This document shows, piece after piece, positions 1-8,871 of a stretch of 39,918 bases of DNA. The notes below the pieces were generated by a model. It was not told the origin of the DNA and ran no database searches. It was given only the letters and a program-made list of their open reading frames with translations. Within the stretch, counting starts at the first letter, position 1. Each line of letters begins with the position of its first letter. This DNA comes from an uncultured Saprospiraceae bacterium (GTDB lineage: Bacteria; Bacteroidota; Bacteroidia; Chitinophagales; Saprospiraceae), in NCBI GenBank assembly GCA_937930815.1, contig CALHBQ010000103.1, positions 1-39,918 of the forward strand, in the 5' to 3' direction. A program made the position numbers and the translations under genes.

Positions 1-55
1 TTTATTCCAAATGTCCTTTTTTTCTTAAAAAAAGTCTTCGATTTTTCGCCAAATT

Positions 56-688
56 CTAAAACAACCCATGCAATTCACCCTGCACTTGGTTCAAAATCAT
101 TCCAAGATCTTCAGGATTGTTTTTAAAGTCCAACTCATCTACTTTAATCACTAATAATTTGCCTTTATAGCTGCCGATCCATTCTTCATACATTCCGTTG
201 AGACGCTTCAAATATTCGATACTCATATTACCTTCATAATCTCTTCCTCGGTCTTGTATATGATCAACCAAAGTTGAAACACTTGCACTCAAGTAGATCA
301 ACAAATCTGGTTCTTGAACCTGCGAAATCATTAAGTCAAAAAGCTCTCGATAATTATCAAAATCTCTTTTGGACATAAGTCCCATTTTATGAAGGTTGGG
401 TGCAAAAATATTAGCATCCTCATAAATCGTACGATCCTGAACAACGACCCGATCACCTTCCAAAATCTTCAAAACTTGTTTATATCTATTGTGCAAAAAA
501 TAGACTTGAAGATTAAAAGACCATCTTGACATATCATGATAAAAGTCGCTCAAATATGGATTATCATCTGTAGATTCATAATGGACATCCCAATCAAAAT
601 GTTTACCAAGTTGGGAACAAAGTGTTGTTTTCCCCGCGCCAATATTTCCCGCGATTCCGATGTATTTAATTCCTGTAGTTGACTTCAA
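56..688 (-). CDS. deoxynucleoside kinase (dAK/dGK family)
   Basis: 210-aa ORF with P-loop GIAGNIGAGKTT, a DRTIYED (ERS-like) motif and an RGRDYE lid motif typical of deoxynucleoside kinases. The start codon at 688 is TTG; there is no in-frame ATG before the P-loop. Confidence 0.85.
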   Translation of the reverse strand: MKSTTGIKYIGIAGNIGAGKTTLCSQLGKHFDWDVHYESTDDNPYLSDFYHDMSRWSFNLQVYFLHNRYKQVLKILEGDRVVVQDRTIYEDANIFAPNLHKMGLMSKRDFDNYRELFDLMISQVQEPDLLIYLSASVSTLVDHIQDRGRDYEGNMSIEYLKRLNGMYEEWIGSYKGKLLVIKVDELDFKNNPEDLGMILNQVQGELHGLF

Positions 689-956
689 ATTATTAGAGTT
701 TGACGCGAAAATACAATTCCTTCATTTATCACAAAAAGAAAGATGATTTTTTGAAAGATATATTATTTTGATAATTAATATTAAATAAACGTTAATGACC
801 TTCAAACCACCTACCTGATATCAGAAATATATTCATATATTCGCGGAGCACACGGATTTCACATGTCAATTTGAGTTAATATCAAAAATGGTAGGATTAT
901 TGGTCATCCTCTCTTACCGCAACGTATAAAAATTATCACGGCCTCTCCTCGGCTTG

Positions 957-970
957 TTTGACAAGTCAAA
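957..970. promoter_or_regulatory. palindrome TTTGAC-AA-GTCAAA upstream of the giant adhesin gene (possible operator)
   Basis: Perfect 6+2+6 inverted repeat about 90 nt upstream of the ATG at 1062. Function not established. Confidence 0.2.
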
Positions 971-1061
971 CGCCTTTACCTGAAGAGTAAAGCTTTCCAC
1001 CGATTTCAGCTTTCTGGATATTTCATCCTGAATTTGATTTTAAAACCCAAAATCGATTAGT

Positions 1062-4000
1062 ATGTTTATAAAACGTACCCTCTTTGTATGCCTTATGGTA
1101 TGCACTTATTTATCCACCTTCTGCCAGACCTTTACCATGGATGGCAGTCGTATTTCGACCTGTGAAGGCTTCTTCACAGATAAAGGCGGTTCTAATGGTG
1201 ATTATTGGCCGAATCAAAATCTTTCAGCAGTCATTTGTAGTGATGGAGGAAGTGGTTCACATATCAAATTAGAATTTGCCGGCGTCTATATGGCACCAGG
1301 TGATTCACTTGAATTTTATGATGATATCGTTCCTAATCCTAATAAATTCTTAGCTGGTCAATACGAATTTTTTGAAGGAAAACCTTTTGTAATACAAGCA
1401 TCTCGCGCCAATCCAACGGGCTGTATTACTGTAACTTTCAAATCCAACGGATTTATTCAAAAGCAAGGTTGGAATGCTAAAATTTCTTGTGTAAAGAGCT
1501 GTCAACTATTTCAAGCTGAATTGGCATTATCTGAACCAAGTGTTTTTCCAATAGACACTGGATGGATTGATATATGTCCGGGCCAAACCATCGATTTTAA
1601 AGGAAAAGGTATTTACCCACAAAGTGGTCAATTCTATCCCCAATCTGATGCGACGTCTGAGTTTACGTGGATTTTTGGCGAAGGAATTGTACAATCAGGT
1701 CAAGATGTTTCATACACTTTTACGGAGCCAGGTGGCTACAATGTGAGTCTTCAAATAAAAGACCCAGAAGGATGTTATAATTCAAATTATTTTGTCCAAA
1801 GAGTAAGAGTATCTCCTCCTCCTACTTTTGAAATAGATGGAAATTTAAAAAGAGAAATTTGTGCAAAAGATACATTAAGCCTTTCTGCATCTTCCGATTT
1901 AGGATTTAATTCGGATATTTCTGTTGCGTTAAATGAGGGAACTTTTGAGACAGGAGGCGTTCGTTCTGATTCATTGGCATTGCCGGATGGAACTGGTGTT
2001 TCTTACTCTACACCCATTGAATTTTCAAACTTTGCACCGGGTCAAACTTTACAAAGTGTAGATGACCTTGAAAGCATTTGTGTCAATATGGAACACTCTT
2101 GGATGCGTGACATGAGTATCACAATCCAATGTCCAAATGGAACTGAAGTTGAATTGCACAACCACCCAGGAAATACAGGAGGAATGGTCTTTTTGGGAGA
2201 ACCAATTGATTTAGATATTTTAAATCCTCGACCTGGAGTTGGATATGATTATTGTTGGACGCCTGATGCAACCCGTGATACTTGGATAAATTATGCGAAT
2301 ACAAATTTCACCTTGTTAGGTTCAGGGACTTTGCCGGCAGGCGATTATAGTTCTTATCAAAACTTAAATAAATTGGTTGGCTGCCCACTCAATGGAAGCT
2401 GGACGATAAATGTAACTGATTGGTGGTTACAGGATAATGGGTTTATTTTTAGCTGGAGTATTAATTTCGCTCCTGAGGTTTTTCCAGATTTGGAAACCTT
2501 TACGCCAGGCATTGTTTCAACAGATTGGATTGATAATTCTTCTTTCCTTTCGGAAAATCAAGATTCAATCATTGCTGTTCCAAAGAACGCTGGAAACGCT
2601 TCCTATATTTATGAAATTACAGATGAATTTGGATGCAAATGGGATACTCTGATAAACTTCGACATTTTACCACAAACACACCCTGATTGTTACTCTTGTA
2701 AAGATTACATCGAACCAATGAGGGATACGATGGTCTGTGAAGGACAAGCGATACAATTGGATGTAACGCCAACTCAACCGACCAGCTTCCCTGTTTCATT
2801 CGAATCTTTACCTAACGAAAGAATTGGAACAGATAATTATCCACCTGCGAATGGGTTTGAAGCAATTATCAATGTTAATAATTTAAACCCCGGAAGTATA
2901 TCAAATCCAATCACTCAAATTGAAATGATTTGCTTTGATTTAGAAACAGATTATGCTTTTGATATTCAGGCAATACTCCACTCTCCAAATGGAAAGTCAT
3001 TAGTTTTAACTCAAAATAATGGGAATACTGGTAGTTATAGGCAAACTTGTTTTACGCCAAGTGCCAATCAATCTATAACCACTGGAGCCGCTCCATTTAC
3101 TGGAGATTATATTCCACAAAATGGAGATTGGACGCCCTTAACTGGAGCGCAAATAAATGGAGATTGGATTTTAGAAGTATCAGATGCAGCAGGAGCAGGT
3201 GAATTTGGTGTTTTAAATAGCTGGATGATTAGCTTCATCAACGAAGTTGATTTTACTTATACTTGGAATAACCCAGCGGTGGTTTCATGTACCAATTGTC
3301 CAAACCCAATGGTGACTATCTCTGAGCCAACTACCCTTTCTGTCGAAACAGTTGATAATTTTAATTGTAAAAATACGGATGAAGTCGATATCGATTTTTT
3401 CACTGCTCCAAGTCCGACCGTTGTTTGTGCAAGTAATGAAAATGGAGAAATCACTATTGATTGGACAGATGAAACTGGTGCAGATTTTTACGAAATAAAT
3501 ATCGATAATCAAGGTTGGGTTCAAATGTCAAATTCTGAATATAATTTTGGAAATTATAATCATGGAGATATTACAGACATTCAAATTAGAACTCATTTTG
3601 AAGGTGTTGATTGTTACTCAATTATTGGCGCAGAATCATGTCAATACATCAATTGCGAAATTGAAACGAATTTAACACCAAACAACACTTCGTGCGACGG
3701 TTCGCCCAATGGAAGTGTCATTTTAAATCCAGAAAATGGATTTGGAGATTACAGCTATACGATAGATGGTCGAAATTTTCAAAATAATAATGACTTCGAA
3801 AATTTAGCTGCCGATAATTACACTGCTTTCGTTTATGATGAATTGGGCTGTGGCGATACCGTAATTTTTGAAATCGCAACGCCACTAAATTTTGACCTAA
3901 ATGTTGAATTAGTAAATAATGTCTCATGTTTTGGAGGCAATGACGGTCGTTTGAGAGCCGTAACAACAGGAGGGACTACTCCATTTACCTATTTGTGGAA

Positions 4001-6077
4001 TGATCCACTAGCCCAGATTGATCAAACTGCAACTCAACTTGCTGCTGGCAATTTTGAAGTTACCGTAAATGACAGTAACGGGTGCGAGCAAATCGCCGGA
4101 AACACAATTATTGAACCTGGCGAAATTAATGCAACATTCGATATTGAAGATGTCAAGTGTTTTGGAGACAGCTCTGGTGTCCTCGTTGCAAATATTGATG
4201 GAGGTGTTGGACCTTTTGATATAATGTGGAATGACCCTGACAATCAAACCGGACCGAGAGCCTCTAATCTTAAAGCAGGAACTTATACGATTACCATCAC
4301 GGATCAAAATATGTGTGTTCAAAATGATTTTGCAATTCTGGGTCAACCTGCCACTCCGATAACATCAAGTGTCACTCAAACTGATATAAGTTGCTTTGGA
4401 GCAAATAAAAATGCAGCGGAACTAACTGCCTCAGGTGGTACAGGAACTAATTACATTTATAGCTGGAGTAATGGATTTTCGGGTAGCAATATTTCTAATA
4501 TCATTGCAGGCACTTATTTTACGGAAGTTGAGGATGAAAACGGATGTATTGCAAAAGATACTATTAAAATCGAGGAGCATGAGCCATTAACGACCAACAT
4601 GCTTGTTATTCCTCCAACCTGTAATGATGGAACAGATGGAGGAATGGGCGTTCGCCCAAGAGGTGGCTCAAACGCGCCTGGCACCGTTAAATTCCAATGG
4701 AATACTTCAGATATTACTCCATTAATCGAAAATCTTGCAGGAGGTAGAGATTACTCCGTAACCGTTACAGACGGCGGCGGATGTAAGGGAGATACAACTG
4801 TTTTCTTACCTAATCCTGACCCGTTGGTAGTTTTGGGTACTTCCGAATTGGTAAAATGTTTTGGTGGAAATGATGGCACAGCCACAATCACAGGATTAGA
4901 TGGCGGTGGAATTATCGAAAGTTACAGATGGAGTTCTTCAGCCAATGATCAACAAACTCAAACAGCTACTGGATTAGCTGCTGGTCAATATCAGGTGACT
5001 ATATCTGATGACCAAGGTTGCCCTGGCTATCAAACAGTACTTGTTGATCAGCCCTCTCAAATAAAAATTATTGACGAAGACATCATCGACAATAATTGTT
5101 TTGGGGAAAAAGAAGGTTCGATACAAATTGATGTTAATGGAGGAACACCATTCGATAACCTACCAAGGTACCAAGTCGATTGGTCCAATAATGATTCTGG
5201 AACTACGATTAGAGAATTGGCATCTGGCGATTATAGAGTGACCGTTACGGATCAAAATGGTTGTGAAGAAGAGGATATTATTACTGTCGAACAACCAGAT
5301 CCAATTGATGCTGATTTTAAAGTAACAGATGTCATTTGTGCAGGTGGAAGAAATGGTCAAATTGAAATCGATGCAAGTGGTGGCTCTCCCCCTTATAAAT
5401 ATAGTTACCGAGAAGACTTTTTCACAGGAAGTAGTACACTGATTGGGCTAACTGCCCAAACTTATCAGGTTCTAATTACGGATAGATTTGATTGTAAGTT
5501 CTTTGAAGAAATTGAAGTCAAAGAACCCCTTCCAATCGAAGTCGAAGCAGGCCCTGATTTTGTTGAAATACAACTTGGCGATAGTGTGACCTTAATTGCG
5601 AATGCAACCAATGCAGTTGGAAATGTAGATTTCGAATGGAGTGCCGCCTACGACGGAACCTTAAGTTGTGATTTTTGTAAATACACGAACTCCAGTCCAA
5701 TGTCATCTATTATTTACACTCTCTATGGAGAAGATGAAAATGGCTGTTTTGATAGTGATAAAATTGAAGTACGCGTTCAGAAAGAACGTAAAATATTTGT
5801 CCCAACTGCCTTTACACCAAACCAAGATTTTACAAATGATAAGCTATTGGTTCATGGAAAAGATGGTACTCAAATTAAGTTATACCGAATCTATGACCGC
5901 TGGGGAGAATTGATATTTGAAGCCAAAGATTTCATGATAAATGATCCTAATATTGGATGGGATGGAATGTTCCGTTCCAAACCAGTAAATTCTGGAATCT
6001 ATCAATGGTATCTCGAAGTAGAATTCATTGATGAAGCTACTGATGTTTTCAAAGGTCATACAACTTTGATAAGATAG
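1062..6077 (+). CDS. giant secreted multidomain cell-surface protein with T9SS type B (gliding motility-associated / CHU_C) C-terminal domain
   Basis: 1671-aa ORF starting at ATG. Signal peptide MFIKRTLFVCLMVCTYLSTFCQ. CUB-like N-terminal module (STCEGFFTD...IKLEF...DSLEFYDD...GWNAKISC). PKD-like segment (FTWIFGEG...YNVSLQIKD). Two proprotein-convertase P-domain-like modules (ICVNMEHSWMRDMSITIQCPNGTEVEL; ICFDLETDYAFDIQAILHSPNGKSLVL...GDWILEVSD). Eight SprB-type repeats (C.G..DG......GG..P......W.......L.AG.Y.V.V.D..GC). C-terminal FVPTAFTPNQD..ND...IYDRWGELIF...GWDG..SGIYQWYLEV, characteristic of type B sorting domains. Confidence 0.85.
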   Translation: MFIKRTLFVCLMVCTYLSTFCQTFTMDGSRISTCEGFFTDKGGSNGDYWPNQNLSAVICSDGGSGSHIKLEFAGVYMAPGDSLEFYDDIVPNPNKFLAGQYEFFEGKPFVIQASRANPTGCITVTFKSNGFIQKQGWNAKISCVKSCQLFQAELALSEPSVFPIDTGWIDICPGQTIDFKGKGIYPQSGQFYPQSDATSEFTWIFGEGIVQSGQDVSYTFTEPGGYNVSLQIKDPEGCYNSNYFVQRVRVSPPPTFEIDGNLKREICAKDTLSLSASSDLGFNSDISVALNEGTFETGGVRSDSLALPDGTGVSYSTPIEFSNFAPGQTLQSVDDLESICVNMEHSWMRDMSITIQCPNGTEVELHNHPGNTGGMVFLGEPIDLDILNPRPGVGYDYCWTPDATRDTWINYANTNFTLLGSGTLPAGDYSSYQNLNKLVGCPLNGSWTINVTDWWLQDNGFIFSWSINFAPEVFPDLETFTPGIVSTDWIDNSSFLSENQDSIIAVPKNAGNASYIYEITDEFGCKWDTLINFDILPQTHPDCYSCKDYIEPMRDTMVCEGQAIQLDVTPTQPTSFPVSFESLPNERIGTDNYPPANGFEAIINVNNLNPGSISNPITQIEMICFDLETDYAFDIQAILHSPNGKSLVLTQNNGNTGSYRQTCFTPSANQSITTGAAPFTGDYIPQNGDWTPLTGAQINGDWILEVSDAAGAGEFGVLNSWMISFINEVDFTYTWNNPAVVSCTNCPNPMVTISEPTTLSVETVDNFNCKNTDEVDIDFFTAPSPTVVCASNENGEITIDWTDETGADFYEINIDNQGWVQMSNSEYNFGNYNHGDITDIQIRTHFEGVDCYSIIGAESCQYINCEIETNLTPNNTSCDGSPNGSVILNPENGFGDYSYTIDGRNFQNNNDFENLAADNYTAFVYDELGCGDTVIFEIATPLNFDLNVELVNNVSCFGGNDGRLRAVTTGGTTPFTYLWNDPLAQIDQTATQLAAGNFEVTVNDSNGCEQIAGNTIIEPGEINATFDIEDVKCFGDSSGVLVANIDGGVGPFDIMWNDPDNQTGPRASNLKAGTYTITITDQNMCVQNDFAILGQPATPITSSVTQTDISCFGANKNAAELTASGGTGTNYIYSWSNGFSGSNISNIIAGTYFTEVEDENGCIAKDTIKIEEHEPLTTNMLVIPPTCNDGTDGGMGVRPRGGSNAPGTVKFQWNTSDITPLIENLAGGRDYSVTVTDGGGCKGDTTVFLPNPDPLVVLGTSELVKCFGGNDGTATITGLDGGGIIESYRWSSSANDQQTQTATGLAAGQYQVTISDDQGCPGYQTVLVDQPSQIKIIDEDIIDNNCFGEKEGSIQIDVNGGTPFDNLPRYQVDWSNNDSGTTIRELASGDYRVTVTDQNGCEEEDIITVEQPDPIDADFKVTDVICAGGRNGQIEIDASGGSPPYKYSYREDFFTGSSTLIGLTAQTYQVLITDRFDCKFFEEIEVKEPLPIEVEAGPDFVEIQLGDSVTLIANATNAVGNVDFEWSAAYDGTLSCDFCKYTNSSPMSSIIYTLYGEDENGCFDSDKIEVRVQKERKIFVPTAFTPNQDFTNDKLLVHGKDGTQIKLYRIYDRWGELIFEAKDFMINDPNIGWDGMFRSKPVNSGIYQWYLEVEFIDEATDVFKGHTTLIR

Positions 6078-6444
6078 CTCCGATTGGCTTTAAAGAAAGT
6101 CAATTTCCCAAACGTAATTGCCTAAAACAAATAGGTATTTTAAAGATAGAAAAGTAATTAAAGTTGATCCAACAGATTATTTGATCGACTTTTGAATCCT
6201 TACCTTCCTATACTTTCCTCCTTGTTTAGACAATTACAATTAAAAAGATTCTTTTGAAAACCAGTTGGTTTGAAACTCATCTCGAATAAATTCGGGAGAA
6301 ATTTTATTTTCCTTATCAGTTAATGAAATTTCGGATTTGATTTCAATACTCATTTTCAAAGAATGTAAAATTACCTACCACAATTAATGCCCTTATCAAG
6401 CATTGATGGTAGGTTTTATTGAACCAAAGCTAATTTCGCTCATT

Positions 6445-7500
6445 ATGAAATTTTATTTACTATTAATAGCCACTACAATATTTTTCATTTTACCTTCAGA
6501 TACAAAAGCTCAAGACCCAATTTTTGGTCAATTCTATAGAGCTTCAACTCATTTGAATCCAGCTATGGCGGGGGTTTACAATGGTCGATTCAGGGTACAA
6601 TCAAATTTTAGAGAACAATGGTCAAGTATTCTTCCAAACAAGCCTTTTAGAACAATCGGTGCAAGTTTTGAATACAAAGTAAAAGTACTGCAAGGAGATT
6701 TCATGAATTTCTCTGGAACTATATTAAATGATCAAGCTGGAACTTCAAACTTTACAACGAATAGAGGTAATCTCGGTTTTTCATACTTAAAACAATTGAC
6801 AGGTGGTCGATATAATGATTACAATTCGTATTTGGTTGCAGGTGGTCAATTTGGTTTTGGGCAACACTCACTTGACTATGGCGGGTTATGGTTCTCAGCT
6901 CAATATGATGGTGCTAACGAACTGGTAGACAACAGTTTAAGTACAGGAGAAAACCTAAACAATAATTCAACTGACGTTTATACTGATTTCAATGCTGGTT
7001 TACTTTGGTACACGATTTTGGATCACAACTTCAGTTTCCATGCTGGTGGTGCATTGCAACATATTGCAGAACCGAACATTTCTTTTATGGAAAATGATGA
7101 AGAAATTTTACCTCGAAGATTTATCCTTCATGGAGGTGCAGAGCTTCCGTTTAGTGACAATCTGAGTATTTTGCCAGCTGCATTGGTGACCTTTCAGGGG
7201 CCATCCAGAACCATTATTAGTGGAGCAAATCTAAGATATACCAACAGAGATTGGGATGAGGTGGCTTTGAGAGTTGGAATGTGGGGTCAAATTTCAAATA
7301 AATTAGAAGACAAAATCCTTTTGAATAGTATGATTTTCAATGCTATTTTAGAAATGGAAAAATGGAGTGTTGGAATTAGTTATGATATCAATACATCTTC
7401 TGTTTCAGACTTATCAAACGGAAGAGGTGCTTATGAAATATCATTTATCTACACCCAACCAGCAAAATATAAACAAAAAGTAGAGTGTCCTAAATATTAG
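6445..7500 (+). CDS. PorP/SprF-family T9SS outer-membrane protein (cognate partner of the upstream type B cargo)
   Basis: The ORF track starts at TTG 6403, but ATG 6445 gives a clean signal peptide MKFYLLLIATTIFFILPSDTKAQ. That is followed by the family signature DPIFGQFY....LNPAMAG. Position directly downstream of a type B sorting-domain gene matches the SprB/SprF arrangement. Confidence 0.85.
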   Translation: MKFYLLLIATTIFFILPSDTKAQDPIFGQFYRASTHLNPAMAGVYNGRFRVQSNFREQWSSILPNKPFRTIGASFEYKVKVLQGDFMNFSGTILNDQAGTSNFTTNRGNLGFSYLKQLTGGRYNDYNSYLVAGGQFGFGQHSLDYGGLWFSAQYDGANELVDNSLSTGENLNNNSTDVYTDFNAGLLWYTILDHNFSFHAGGALQHIAEPNISFMENDEEILPRRFILHGGAELPFSDNLSILPAALVTFQGPSRTIISGANLRYTNRDWDEVALRVGMWGQISNKLEDKILLNSMIFNAILEMEKWSVGISYDINTSSVSDLSNGRGAYEISFIYTQPAKYKQKVECPKY

Positions 7501-7576
7501 AACACACAAAGGCCCAAGCCAATTGTGAACTTTATCCAAATCCAATTATCTATCTTACTGATGGATAAAAATTGCA

Positions 7577-7608
7577 AGAGAGTCGATTTTATCGGCTCTC
7601 TTTTTTTT
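7577..7608 (+). terminator. rho-independent terminator after the PorP/SprF gene
   Basis: Stem AGAGAGTCGA (7577-7586) / TCGGCTCTCT (7592-7601) with one G-U pair, loop TTTTA, then a T-run to 7608. The T-run overlaps the stop codon of the convergent gene. Confidence 0.75.
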
Positions 7609-8797
7609 ACCGTTGAATCCTCGCTAATCCTTCCGAAAAATCTCTAACATCGATTGCATTTGGAAGTAGTGCCAATTTCCCATTAATATTGACAAAACCA
7701 ATCCCTTCATAAAAAGCTGCACGAGCAAGCCCTTCTTTCATATCCCAAACCAAACCGAAAACTGGTTTTGTGATTTCGTTGCCTTTATTATCAATAAAAC
7801 CCCAAAGGTCTCCTTTTTGATAACCGGCTATTCCATCGACAAAGGCAAATAATTGTTTATAATTCATTTCGGTAAGTGGCGAACCATCTTCATTTAAATA
7901 CCCATATTTTAGCTCATTTTCAACAATCCACTTCCCGTCATTGGCATAAACTAATTGCTCGTAGGTATCTGTGTTAACTGGTGCGCCTTTTTTATCTATT
8001 AAACTCCATTTACCATCTTTCAAAACACCTGCTTTTCCATAATAAAAATCTGTCGCTGCGCTAAATTGAGGGCTAATTACTTCATTGCCTGATTCATCTA
8101 CATAGCCAAATTTATTTTCTTTTTTCACCCGAATCATTCCGTCAGAAGGCATTTCAATTTTTTGGTAATTGGCCTCAACGACAAAAGTTTGATTCTTATC
8201 AATCAATCCGTAACCAGCAAAAGTTTTCACTTTAGAAAGACCATTTTTAAACTTATAAATTTTTAAAAAATTGGGTTTGGTCACTTCTACCCCTTCCATA
8301 TTTAAAAGTCCCGTTTTACCATCTTTTTCAAAAACAGCAAATCCCTCTGAGAAGTCTGAGACCTCCTCATATTTAAAAGGAATTATTATTTCCCCTTTCT
8401 TATTGACAAAACCATACAAGTTTTCGAAATTTTGGACACGCGCCACTCCTTCATGAAAAGACCATGCTCCCTTAAATTGAGGCGCAATCACCTCTTTTCC
8501 TTTTTTATTAATAAAACCCCATAAATTAACGATTCGAATCACTGCCAGTCCTTCCGAAAAATCGCGGCAATCATCGTATTTAGGTTTTATAACTTCGTTT
8601 CCAGTTTTATCAATATAGCCCCATTTGTTATCTGCAGCTTCGTAATCGCCTTCTTCCATCGATTTCTCCCAAAGTTGAGAATCAATATTTTTAGGTAATT
8701 CGTCTTTACAACCGAAAGAAAATAGTAGTAAAAACAAGCATATCCATAGATTCCATGTCGTAAAATGGAATTTTATCGGTAACTGTGAATTTTGCAT
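7607..8797 (-). CDS. WG-repeat (KWG-type) lipoprotein
   Basis: Repeated WGFINKKGKEVI / YGFVNKKGEIII / FGYVDESGNEVI / WGFIDNKGNEIT units. ATG at 8797 gives MQNSQLPIKFHFTTWNLWICLFLLLFSFGC, a lipobox-like signal ending in Cys. The track's TTG at 8845 only adds 16 residues. Confidence 0.8.
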   Translation of the reverse strand: MQNSQLPIKFHFTTWNLWICLFLLLFSFGCKDELPKNIDSQLWEKSMEEGDYEAADNKWGYIDKTGNEVIKPKYDDCRDFSEGLAVIRIVNLWGFINKKGKEVIAPQFKGAWSFHEGVARVQNFENLYGFVNKKGEIIIPFKYEEVSDFSEGFAVFEKDGKTGLLNMEGVEVTKPNFLKIYKFKNGLSKVKTFAGYGLIDKNQTFVVEANYQKIEMPSDGMIRVKKENKFGYVDESGNEVISPQFSAATDFYYGKAGVLKDGKWSLIDKKGAPVNTDTYEQLVYANDGKWIVENELKYGYLNEDGSPLTEMNYKQLFAFVDGIAGYQKGDLWGFIDNKGNEITKPVFGLVWDMKEGLARAAFYEGIGFVNINGKLALLPNAIDVRDFSEGLARIQR

Positions 8798-8871
8798 CGA
8801 GTGAGTTGTAAGATTATTTTTAAATTGCAAATCTAAAATTACCAATCAAAGTGGTAAAGCAGTAAAATATT

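Noticed and set aside
6240-6353. 37-aa minus-strand ORF (MSIEIKSEISLTDKENKISPEFIRDEFQTNWFSKESF) between the adhesin and PorP/SprF genes.
   Set aside because: Short, with no recognisable motif. It is antisense to the expected adhesin-sprF co-transcript. Cannot be supported from sequence alone.
6403-6444. Longer N-terminal extensions offered by the ORF track (6403, 8845, 25033, 28866, 31569).
   Set aside because: In each case a downstream ATG gives a canonical signal peptide or protein start. The extension begins at TTG or crowds the divergent neighbour, so I used the shorter models.
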